NCBI RefSeq assembly: GCF_032444005.1
Contig: NC_091287.1
Location: 25,172,001-25,236,000, forward strand
Direction: 5' to 3'
Length of the DNA stretch: 64,000 bases
Origin: Ranitomeya imitator
Lineage: Eukaryota
Shown here: positions 41,040 to 53,398 of the stretch, one piece after another
Layout: every line of letters starts with the position of its first letter
Numbering within the stretch: the first letter of the stretch is position 1
The notes under the pieces: model-generated
The model's database searches: none
The model's input: the letters and a program-made list of their open reading frames with translations, nothing else
Told to the model about the DNA's origin: nothing
Made by a program: the position numbers and the translations under genes

Positions 41040-42290
41040 AGTATCTACTATAACACTGCCCCTATGTACAAGAATATACCTACTATAATACTGCCCCTAT
41101 GTACAAGAATATAACTACTATAATACTGCCCCTATGTACAAGAATATAACTACTATAATACTGCTCTTATATACAAGAATATAACTACTATAATACTGCC
41201 CCTATGTACAGGAATATAACTACTATAATACTGCTCCTATGTACAAGAATATAACTACTATAATACTGCCCCCTATGTACAAGAATATAACTACTATAAT
41301 ACTGCTCCTATGTACAAGAATATAACTACTATAATACTGCTCCTATGTACAAGAATATAACTACTATAATACTGCTCCTATGTACAAGAATATAACTACT
41401 ATAATACTGCTCCTATGTACAAGAATATAACTACTATAATACTGCTCCTATGTACAAGAATATAACTACTATAATACTGCCCCTATGTACAAGAATATAA
41501 CTACTATAATACTGCTCCTATGTATAAGAATATATCTACTATAATACTGCCCCCATGTACAAGAATATAACTACTATAATACTGCTCCTATGTACAAGAA
41601 TATAACTACTATAATACTGCTCCTATGTATAAGAATATAACTACTATAATACTGCTCCTATGTACAAGAATATAACTACTATAATACTGCCCCTATGTAC
41701 AACAATATAACTACTTTAATACTGCTCCTATGTACAAGAATATAACTACTATAATACTGCTCCTATGTACAAGAATATAACTACTATAATACTGCCCCCA
41801 TATACAAGAATATAACTACTATAATACTGCTCCTATGTACAAGAATATAACTACTATAATACTGCTCCTATGTATAAGAATATAACTACTATAATACTGC
41901 TCCTATGTACAAGAATATAACTACTATAATACTGCCCCTATGTACAACAATATAACTACTTTAATACTGCTCCTATGTACAAGAATATAACTACTATAAT
42001 ACTGCTCCTATGTACAAGAATATAACTACTATAATACTGCTCCTATGCACAAGAATATAACTACTATAATACTGCCCCTATGTACAACAATATAACTACT
42101 TTAATACTGCTCCTATATACAAAAATATAACTACTATAATACTGCCCCTATATACAACAATATAACTACTTTAATACTGCTCCTATGTACAGTACAAGAA
42201 TATAACTACTATAATACTGCCCCTATATACAAGAATATAACTACTATAATACTGCCTGTATATACAAGAATTTACCTATTATAATGCTGC
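41040..42290. repeat. 35-bp minisatellite
   Basis: Unit TATGTACAAGAATATAACTACTATAATACTGCTCC. Confidence 0.96.
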
Positions 42291-42303
42291 TACTATATGA
42301 TAA

Positions 42304-44447
42304 TAACATAGTTACATAGTTACATAGTTATTAAGGTTGAAGGAAGACTATATGTCCATCTAGTTCAACCCATAGCCTAACCTAACATGCCCTAACATGT
42401 TGATCCAGAGGAAGGCAAAAAAACCCCATGTGCAAAGAGTAAGCTCCACATTGGGGAAAAAAATTCCTTCCCGACTCCACATACGGCAATCAGACTAGTT
42501 CCCTGGATCAACGCCCTATCAAGGAATCTAGTGCATATACCCTGTAACATTATACTTTTCCAGAAAGGTATCCAGTCCCCTCTTAAATTTAAGTAATGAA
42601 TCACTCATTACAACATCATACGGCAGAGAGTTCCATAGTCTCACTGCTCTTACAGTAAAGAATCCGTGTCTGTTATTATGCTTAAACCTTTTTTCCTCCA
42701 ACCGCAGAGGATGCCCCCTTGTCCCTGTTTCAGGTCTATGATTAAAAAGATCATCAGAAAGGTCTTTGTACTGTCCCCTCATATATTTATACATTAAAAT
42801 AAGATCACCCCTTAGTCTTCGTTTTTCCAAACTAAATAGCCCCTAGTGTAATAACCTATCTTGGCATTGCAGACCCCCCAGTCCTCTAATAACCTTGGTC
42901 GCTCTTCTCTGCACCCGCTCTAGTTCAGCTATGTCTTTCTTATACACCGGAGACCAGAACTGTGCACAGTATTCTAAGTGTGGTCGAACTAGTGACTTGT
43001 ATAGAGGTAAAATTATATTCTCCTCATGAGCATCTATGCCTCTTTTAATGCATCCCATTATTTTATTTGCCTTTGTAGCAGCTGCCTGACACTGGCCACT
43101 GAATTTAAGTTTGTCATCCACCCATACACCCAGGTCTTTTTCATTGACGGTTTTGCCCAGAGTTTTAGAATTAAGCACATAAGTATACATCTTATTACTT
43201 CTACCCAAGTGCATGACCTTACATTTATCCCCATTAAAGCTCATTTGCCATTTATCAGCCCAAGCTTCTAGTTTACATAAATCATCCTGTAATATAAAAT
43301 TGTCCTCCTCTGTATTGATTACCCTGCAGAGTTTAGTGTCATCTGCAAATATTGAAATTCTACTCTGAATGCCCCCTACAAGGTCATTAATAAATATGTT
43401 AAAAAGAAGAGGGCCCAATACTGACCCCTGTGGTACCCCACTGCTAACCGCTACCCAGTCCGAGTGTGCTCCATTAATAACCACCCTTTGTTTCCTATCC
43501 CTGAGCCAGCTCTCAACCCACTTGCACATATTTTCCCCTATCCCCATTATTCTCATTTTATGTATCAACCTTTTGTGTGGCACCGTATCAAAAGCTTTTG
43601 AAAAGTCCATATACACTACATCCACTGGGTTCCCTTGGTCCAATCCGGAACTTACCTCTTCATAGAAACTGATCAAATTAGTCTGACATGAACGGTCCCT
43701 AGTAAACCCGTGCTGATACTGGGTCATGAGGTTATTCCTCATCAGATACTCCAGTATAGCATCCCTTAGAATGCCCTCCAGGATTTTACCCAAAGTAGAG
43801 GTTAAGCTTACTGGCCTATAATTTCCGAGTTCAGTTTTTGTTCCCTTTTTGAATATTGGCACCACATTTGCTATACGCCAGTCCTGTGGCACAGACCCTG
43901 TTATTATGGAGTCTTTAAATATTAAAAATAATGGTCTATCAATGACTGTACTTAATTCCTGCAGTACTCGAGGGTGTATCCCATCCGGGCCCGGAGATTT
44001 GTCAATTTTAGTGATTTTTAGACGCCGCCGCACTTCCTGCTGGGTTAAGCAGGTGACATTTAATTGGGAATTTTTATCACTAGACATTTTGTCTGCCATG
44101 GGATTTTCTTGTGTAAATACTGATGAAAAAAAGTCATTTAGCATATTGGCTTTTTCCTCATCCTCATCCACCATCTCACCCAGACTATTTTTAAGGGGGC
44201 CAACACTATCATTTTTTAGTTTCTTACTATTTATGTAGTTAAAGAATATTTTAGGATTATTTTTACTCTCTCTGGCAATGAGTCTCTCTGTCTCAATCTT
44301 TGCTGCCTTGATTTGCTTTTTACAGAATTTATTTAATTTTCTGTATTTATTTAATGCCTCCTCACTACCTACTTCCTTTAATTCTCTAAATGCTTTCTTT
44401 TTGTCCCTTATTGCGCCCCTTACAGCTCTATTTAGCCATATTGGTTC
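42304..44447 (-). mobile_element. 5'-truncated CR1 LINE with RT domain (premature stop at ~42843)
   Basis: ORF 42843-44174 [28 protein letters not shown]; 42528-42830 continues in frame; (AACTATGT)n tail; near-TSD ATGATAA/ATGAAAA. Confidence 0.95.
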
Positions 44448-45116
44448 ATGAAAAGTTTCTTTTTCAATAAATGAATTATATAGATGTAATAAATGATAAT
44501 GTCTCCCTATAATTAGAAATATAATAATATACTATTTGGGACATTGCAACTGGGCCGTAATCATGTTTCGTACACCAGTTGTTTTGATTCTTACATCTAA
44601 CTCTTTTCTCACTTGAGAATTGGAGGATATGTGCTAAACTCTTCGTCCTTCACATTCAAAGAAAAAAATAACATATAAAGAATAAAAAAGGGATTTGAGA
44701 AGATACATAAATCTTACGACACTTGAAATCTCCAAAGTGGTTGTTATTGTTCAGTAAATGTCACCAAAATCAGTGAGGAGTGAGAAGTTTCTATTATGAC
44801 TCCTCAGAAGGCACGAGGAACTCAGCATTAAACATAATGTCTCCTCAGATCTATAAATGTTACTATCAAAAGCAGCTCTGTACCGGGGGATGGAGCAGAG
44901 AGAATCCTCCCAATAACACGTAATGTCTTATTATTCTCATATAAGTCTTCAGGATCAGAAGATTGACAAGTTATATGAGCACTCGCTTTGTGAAGATGAC
45001 ATTTGATTCATGACCTGCCCACCATGGATATGATAATCCTGAAGCTGAAGGACAAGGTGACATATAATAAAGGATGCAGAATGTCATGAAAATTCTGATA
45101 ATAACGTGCTTACTAT

Positions 45117-46171
45117 TAGAGATGAGTGAACCTTTCAAGGTTCGATTCGCCGAACATTTACACGTTCGCCGAACGGATCGACGAACGTACCCAAACCCTA
45201 TTAAATTCATTGGGAGGCAAAAGCAAACGCATAGACAACACCTTCAGTGGGGCCACAAAGCTGTCAAAACAACTCAAATTATGGGCAGACACCAGGAAAA
45301 GCGGCATGAATTGACCCACGGTAGAAATTTGATAATGGCACAGCAGCCGTCAGCCATGGACCATGCATGAGGTATCAGGGTCTGGGCCACCTTTAACAGT
45401 TTTTAATTAGAGTTTAAATTAAGATGAGGCTCATGAGGGATCGGTGTAGGCCTGCTGTGCTGGGAGCTCTGATACCTCATGCAACAGCTCAAACTGCTTT
45501 TTAGCTAAGCCACACTCAGGTGGCACAAATATTAACAAAGGTAGTTGACGGATCAATTCACCAACAGTAGAAATTTGATAATGGCACAGCAGCAGTCAGC
45601 CATGGACATGCATGAGGTATCAGGGTCTAGGCCACCTTTAACAGTTTTCAATTGAAGTTTAAATTAAACTGAGGTGGGTGAGGTATTGGTGTAGGCCTGC
45701 TGTGCTGCGAGCTTTGATACCTCATGCAACAACTCAAACTGCTTTTTTGCTAAGACACACTTAGGTGGCACAAATATTAACAAAGGTAGTTGATGGATCA
45801 ATTCACCAACAGTAGAAATTTGATAATGGCACAGAAGCAGTCAGCCATGAGCCATGCATGAGGTATCAGGGTCTGGGACAGCATTTCGACCTTTTAATTG
45901 AAGTTTCAATTACCACATAGTGGGAAAGGGAGTGGTGTAAGACTTCTTTGCTGGGAGCCCTGATACCTCATTCAACAGCTCAATTATTTTTTTCACCGCC
46001 ACACTCAGGTGGCACAAACATCAGTTTCATACAGTACTATTGGTGGAAAAATGGAAGGAAAGTAACACAGGTAGCTGACTGATAAATTGACCCACAGGAT
46101 AACCTTTAATAATGGCACACAAGCAGTCAGCCATGGGCCATGCATGAGGTATCAGGATCTGGCACCGGGAT
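45117..46171 (+). mobile_element. Left part of an Ac-like hAT element with internal ~245-bp tandem repeats
   Basis: Starts TAGAGATGAG (Ac-like terminus; matching right-end relics ctcatctcta at ~5527 and ttcatctcta at ~10210); repeat units near 45317, 45562, 45806, 46092. Confidence 0.5.
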
Positions 46172-46175
46172 TTAA

Positions 46176-47213
46176 CCCCTTACCAAATTCCGCCGTATTA
46201 TTACTGCAGAGGTCGGGTCCCCTGCTTTGATGTGGGCTCCGGCGGTGAGCCCACATCAAAGCCGGGACATGTCAGCTGTTTTGAACAGCTGACATGTGCC
46301 CGCAATAGCGGCGGGTGAAATCGCAATTCACCCACCGGTATTAACTAGTTAAATGCCACTGTCAAATGCTGGCAGCTGCATTTAACCGGCGCTTCCGGCC
46401 ATCGGGACGGAAATTAGCGCAACGCCGACCCCCCGTCACATGATCGATCAGGCTATGCCAGCTTCTAACCTCCCATGGAGGCTATTGAAGCATGGCAAAA
46501 GTAAAAAAAAGTAAAAAAATATGGAAAAAGTAAAAAAAAAATAAAAGTTTAAATCACCTCCCTTTCGCCCCATTCAAAATAAAACAATAAAAAAAACAAA
46601 CCTACACATATTTGTTATCGCCGTGTTCAGAATCGCCCGATCTATCAATAAAAAAAGCATTAACCTGATAGCTAAACAACGTAACCCAAGAATTACATTT
46701 TTTTGGTCGCTGCGACATTGCATTAAAATGCAATAACGGGTGATCAAAAGAATGTATCTGCACAAAAATGGTATCATTAAAAATGTCAACTCAGCTCGCA
46801 AAAAATAAGCCCTCACCTGAGTTTGGAATTTTTTTTACCACTTAGATAAAACGTAACCTACACATGTTAGGTGTCTATGGACTTGTAATGACCTGGAGAA
46901 TCATAATATCAGCTCAGTTTTAACATTTATTGAACCTAGCAAAAAAGCCAAACAAACAACAAACAACAAACAACAAACAACAAGTGTGGGATTGCACTTT
47001 TTTGCAATTTCACCGCATTTGAAATTTTTTTCCCGTTTTCTAGTACATGACATGCTAAAACCAATGATGTCTTTCAAAAGTGCAACTTGTCCCGCAAAAA
47101 ACAAGCCCTCACATGGCCATATTGATGGAAAAATAAAAAAGTTACGGCTCTGGGAAGGAAGGGAGCGAAAAAACGAGAACGCAAAAATGGAAAAGGGCAA
47201 GGTCTTGAAGGGG
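46176..47213 (+). mobile_element. piggyBac-like non-autonomous element
   Basis: TTAA|CCCCTT ... AAGGGG|TTAA. Confidence 0.8.
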
Positions 47214-47220
47214 TTAATGA

Positions 47221-47800
47221 GGACCTGGGGGTCTGTATGTTGGGGAGACAGGGCTATAACTGAGAACAAGGATAAACTTGCACCGCCACAAAATATGAGA
47301 AAAAAGAATGGATCTGCCTGTGGCCAAACATTTTTGTGTGCCTGATCATAGCATCGCGGACCTGAAATTACTTGTATTGAAAGGTAACTTCAAATCTCAG
47401 AGAGACAGAAGAATCTGGGAGCATAAACTTATGACAACCTTTGACACACTTAGTGCAGGAATGAATGTGTTGCATGGATTTATGTATTTTTACATTAACT
47501 AAGGAATTTGCACTTCAGACCTTATGGGGGCATTATAACACAGAACCAGACCCCAATCAGAGGACAATAAAACATTAACTCCTTATCTAGGAACTGTTTC
47601 AATATTTATGGACACAACTGTTTATCACTCTCCCATAATGACAGTTCTGTGCTGTGTTGTGTATAAATATGTGATTCTTCAGATGTTGTATTAGTCTATG
47701 ACTGATGAAGAGACCTGTGTAGTCTCGAAAGCTTGCAATTTGTGACCATCTTTTCAATTAATCATTAAAAGGTATCAACCACTGAGGACTCTCAATTCCA
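47221..47800 (+). mobile_element. Penelope-like retroelement 3' remnant (GIY-YIG endonuclease + terminal region)
   Basis: In frame LYVGETG-L*-LRTRINLHRHKI*EKRMDLPVAKHF...RRIWEHKLMTTFDTLSAGMN, the PLE GIY-YIG C-terminal signature, with two stops. Confidence 0.88.
47698..47738 (+). ncRNA. Minimal type I hammerhead ribozyme motif (Penelope-associated)
   Basis: CTGATGA-A-GAGAC(ctgtgta)GTCTC-GAAA-GCT-T; palindromic AGCT helix III; helix I partly mismatched. Confidence 0.65.
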
Positions 47801-47811
47801 AATATTATATT

Positions 47812-47975
47812 CAATGTAGCTAGTGTCTCTTCTAGACTTTGCAACTTTTCCTCCAACTGGGACACAAGCTCACATTTCTGGCAGGTGAAGTTTGGATTTT
47901 TCTCTGGTAAGTCTGTGAACATTAGATTAGCAAAAAAGTGTCTATAGGTGCAACAGGGCACTTCATGTACATTGA
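47812..47975 (-). pseudogene. CR1 ORF1-like fragment (zinc finger/leucine zipper)
   Basis: MFTDLPEKNPNFTCQKCELVSQLEEKLQSLEETLATL: CxxC followed by heptad leucines. Confidence 0.6.
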
Positions 47976-48244
47976 AACAACAAAATCCCATATGATATTC
48001 AATACTGGAAAAGGAAGAGATCCCAAAAACAATTGCAATTAAAATAATACATTTTATTACACAATTTGGGATGCCGAGCACAAATGCAGTGTAGGGGACA
48101 CCTAGCAGGCATCCCTATATGGAATTCCTTCTTTTTTAATTATGGTTTTGAAAATTGCGTAATAAAATTTATTCTTATAATTGCAATATTTTTGGGGACC
48201 TCTTCCTTTTCCCGTATTGAATATCATTTTAATTTTGTTGTTTT
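47975..48244. repeat. Imperfect inverted repeat (MITE-like)
   Basis: ~90-bp arms (47975-48066 vs 48153-48244) are reverse complements. Confidence 0.75.
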
Positions 48245-48329
48245 TTAGTTGTGAACATGTAACATTCAATGCAGCTCACCAAAAGTCTACTGGCCTCTTC
48301 CATTTTCTTAATGTTTTTATGATGTCAAA

Positions 48330-48950
48330 GTGGTAAAGATTGTGCCAAAATTCACACGATGACACTTTACTGATCTTTAGAGTTTTCATCTTTCCAAAAA
48401 ACTCAACATGGGCAAAATCAGATTCATTATCTTTTCCTATCTCACTTCACCAGAACTATTAACCCAAATTTATATCTATTCTCTACTCGCTACCCAGTCT
48501 CCTGCCCCCGGAAATCACCAAACCTGTCTTTCAGATGAGACAACACTACCTCAAAACATTTTTCGTATCTGCTCTCTTTTCAACTATGAGTCACCTGTAA
48601 AGCTTATACATGCAGCTATGATTTCCCACCTAGACTACTGCAAAATCATGTGTGCAACCTATTAAACTCTTGCACCTAATCCTTTCTCAACAGTGCCTGG
48701 ATAATTAATCTCTCCCCTTGATGTTCCTCTGGATCTCCATTCTTGCTAATCCCTTCACTGGCTACCCATAACCCAATACGTAAGTTTTATAATCTCTGGT
48801 CAATGTCCCCCCAACATTCAAGTCTGTCCAAATCTCCATTCCTTTTAGCTTCCCAGAATTGTTTTCTAGTTTTTTGCAAGACCAGTTTCTCTGCTCCGCT
48901 TCTGCTCCTCACACAACCATCTGTAAGATTTCTCTTGTGCTTCCCCCATA
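48330..48950 (+). pseudogene. Old L2 RT C-terminal fragment
   Basis: KLIHAAMISHLDYC, LNMGKIRFIIF; many disruptions. Confidence 0.65.
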
Positions 48951-48959
48951 TTTCAGAAA

Positions 48960-49895
<936 letters not shown>

Positions 49896-49928
49896 TCTTT
49901 CCCACCTCTTGTCTATTCCTTGCTTATC

Positions 49929-50739
49929 TGTTGTGAATTCTGTGGCAGAGCTCCCTCCTGTGGTCACAAGTGGTACTTCGGCTGATTCTCTCTGTGAGCT
50001 TCTGTTGGTGGAGGAAAGTGGTACTGCGGCTACTGAGTTTCCTTCCTCAGGTGATGTGGTGAAGTCGTTAGGTGCTGCTCTATTTAACTCCACCTAGTGC
50101 TTTGATCCTGGCCTCCAGTCAATGTTCTAGTATTGGACCTGTTTCCTCCTGGATCGTTCCTGTGGCCTGCTGCTCTGCATAGCTAAGTTCTGCTTTGCTA
50201 TTTTGTTTGCTGTTTTTTCTGTCCAGCTTGTCTATTTGTTTTTTCCTGCTTGCTGGAAGCTCTGGGACGCAGAGGGTGTACCTCCGTGCCGTTAGTTCGG
50301 TACGGAGGGTCTTTTTGCCCCCTTTGCGTGGTTTTTGTAGGGTTTTGTGTTGACCGCAAAGTTACCTTTCCTATCCTCGCTCTGTTCAGAAAGTCGGGCC
50401 TCACTTTGCTAAATCTATTTCATCTCTATGTTTGTCTTTTCATCTTTACTCACAGTCATTGTGTGTGGGGGCTGCCTTTTCCTTTGGGGTATTTCTCTGA
50501 GGCAAGGTAGGCTTATTTTCTATCTTCAGGCTAGCTAGTTTCTCAGGCTGTGCCGAGTTGCATAGGGAGCGTTAGGCGCAATCCACGGCTGCCTCTAGTG
50601 TGTTGGAGAGGATTAGGGATTGCGGTCAGCAGAGTTCCCACGTCTCAGAGCTCGTTCTATGTTTTTGGGTTATTGTCAGGTCACTGTATGTGCTCTGACC
50701 TCTATGTCCATTGTGGTACTGAATTATCTTATCACAACA
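49929..50739 (+). repeat. 5' LTR (811 bp)
   Basis: tgttgtga...tcacaaca; TATA-like TATTTAA at 50081. Confidence 0.97.
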
Positions 50740-50741
50740 GT

Positions 50742-50752
50742 ACTGGAGGCCA
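50742..50752 (+). promoter_or_regulatory. Self-priming primer-binding site
   Basis: ACTGGAGGCCA is the exact reverse complement of TGGCCTCCAGT (50109-50119), 28 nt downstream of the TATA-like box. Confidence 0.85.
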
Positions 50753-50875
50753 AAAGTACTAATGATTCTCAATAGAGGGAAAAAAGAAGTTCTGACACCA
50801 TTTTTTTTTCTCTGCACTGTGTTTTGCCTTTTTTTTCCCCTAGACATTTGGGTGGTTCAGGACACAGGTGTAGCG

Positions 50876-52753
50876 ATGGACATTAAAGGTCTGTCTTCAT
50901 GTGTGGATCAGCTCACGGCAAGAGTACAAAATATTCAAGACTTTGTGGTTCAGAATTCTATGTTAGAACCGAGAATTCCTATTCCTGATTTGTTTTTTGG
51001 AGATAGAACTAAATTTCTGAGTTTCAAAAATAATTGTAAACTATTTCTGGCTTTGAAACCTCGCTCCTCTGGTGACCCAGTTCAACAAGTTAGGATCATT
51101 ATTTCTTTTTTACGTGGCGACCCTCAGGACTGGGCATTTTCTCTTGCGTCAGGAGATCCTGCATTAAGTAATATCGATGCGTGTTTCCTGGCGCTCGGAT
51201 TGCTGTACGATGAACCTAATTCAGTGGATCAGGCAGACAAAAATTTGCTGGCTCTGTGTCAGGGTCAGGATGAGATAGAGGTATATTGTCAGAAATTTAG
51301 AAAGTGGTCCGTAATGACTCAATGGAATGAAGGTGCGCTTGCAGCTATTTTCAGAAAAGGTCTCTCTGAAGCCCTTAAGGATGTCAAGGTGGGATTTCCT
51401 ATGCCTGCTGGTCTGAATGAGTCTATGTCTTTGGCCATTCAGATCGGTCGACGCTTGCGTGAGCGTAAATCATTGCACCATTTGGCGGTATTACCTGAGC
51501 TTAAACCTGAGCCTATGCAGTGCGATAGGACTTTGACCAGAGTTGAACGGCAAGAACACAGACGTCTGAATGGGCTGTGTTTCTACTGTGGTGATTCCAC
51601 TCATGCTATCTCTGATTGTCCTAAGCGCACTAAGCGGTTCGCTAGGTCTGCCACCATTGGTACGGTACAGTCAAAATTTCTTCTGTCCGTTACCTTGATC
51701 TGCTCTTTGTCATCATATTCTGTCATGGCATTTGTGGATTCAGGCGCTGCCCTGAATTTGATGGACTTGGAGTATGCTAGGCGTTGTGGGTTTTTCTTGG
51801 AGCCCTTACAGTGTCCTATTCCATTGAGAGGAGTTGATGCTACGCCTTTGGCCAAGAATAAGCCTCAGTACTGGACCCAGCTGACCATGTGCATGGCTCC
51901 TGCACATCAGGAGGTTATTCGCTTTCTGGTGTTGCATAATCTGCATGATGTGGTCATGTTGGGGTTGCCATGGCTACAAGTCCATAATCCAGTATTAGAT
52001 TGGAAATCCATGTCTGTGTCCAGCTGGGGTTGTCAGGGGGTACATGGTGATGTCCCATTTCTGACTATTTCGTCATCCACCCCTTCTGAGGTTCCAGAGT
52101 TCTTGTCTGATTACCGGGATGTATTTGATGAGCCCAAGTCCGATACCCTACCTCCGCATAGGGATTGTGCTATCGATTTGATTCCTGGTAGTAAATTCCC
52201 AAAAGGTCGACTGTTTAATTTATCTGTGCCTGAGCACGCCGCTATGCGGAGTTATGTGAAGGAGTCCTTGGAGAAGGGGCATATTCGCCCGTCATCGTCG
52301 CCATTAGGAGCAGGGTTCTTTTTTGTAGCCAAGAAGGATGGTTCACTGAGACCTTGTATAGATTACCGCCTTCTAAATAAGATCACGGTTAAATTTCAGT
52401 ACCCCTTGCCGTTGTTATCGGATTTGTTTGCTCGGATTAAGGGGGCTAGTTGGTTCACCAAGATAGATCTTCGTGGTGCGTATAATCTTGGGCGTATTAA
52501 GCGAGGCGATGAATGGAAAACTGCATTTAACACGCCCGAGGGCCATTTTGAGTATCTAGTAATGCCATTCGGACTTGCCAATGCTCCATCAGTGTTTCAG
52601 TCCTTTATGCATGACATCTTCCGAGAGTACCTGGATAAATTCCTGATTGTGTACTTGGATGACATTTTGATCTTCTCGGATGATTGGGAGTCTCATGTGA
52701 AGCAGGTCAGAACGGTGTTTCAGGTCCTGCGTGCTAATTCTTTGTTTGTGTAG
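50876..52753 (+). pseudogene. Gag-protease-RT polyprotein (single frame), premature TAG in RT
   Basis: Gag; CCHC knuckle CFYCGDSTHAISDC; protease FVDSGA; RT YLDD; TAG at 52751-52753, frame resumes in ORF 52793. Confidence 0.93.
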
Positions 52754-53398
52754 GGATCAAAGTGTCTCTTTGGTGTTCAGAAGGTTTCATTTTTGGGGTT
52801 CATCTTTTCCCCTTCTACTATCGAGATGGACCCTGTTAAGGTCCAAGCCATCCATGATTGGACTCAGCCGATATCTCTGAAAAGTCTGCAAAAGTTCCTG
52901 GGCTTTGCTAATTTTTATCGTCGCTTCATCTGCAATTTTTCTAGTATTGCTAAACCATTGACCGATTTGACCAAGAAGGGTGCTGATGTGGTCAATTGGT
53001 CTTCTGCTGCTGTGGAAGCTTTTCAAGAGTTGAAGCGTCGTTTTTCTTCTGCCCCTGTGTTGTGTCAACCAGATGTTTCGCTTCCGTTCCAGGTCGAGGT
53101 TGATGCTTCTGAGATTGGAGCAGGGGCTGTTTTGTCGCAGAGAAGTTCTGATTGCTCGGTGATGAAACCATGCGCCTTCTTCTCCAGGAAGTTTTCGCCT
53201 GCTGAGCGAAATTATGATGTTGGCAATCGAGAGTTGCTGGCCATGAAGTGGGCATTCGAGGAGTGGCGTCATTGGCTTGAAGGAGCTAAGCATCGCGTGG
53301 TGGTCTTGACTGATCATAAGAACTTGACTTATCTCGAGTCTGCCAAGCGGTTGAATCCTAGACAGGCTCGTTGGTCGCTGTTTTTTGCCCGTTTTGAC
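52754..53398 (+). pseudogene. RT thumb/RNase H
   Basis: [44 protein letters not shown]. Confidence 0.93.

Noticed and set aside
47812-47975. Idea that the CR1 ORF1 fragment belongs to the CR1 at 42304-44447
   Set aside because: That CR1 has a near-TSD at 44448, so it was 5'-truncated at insertion; the fragment is a separate relic.
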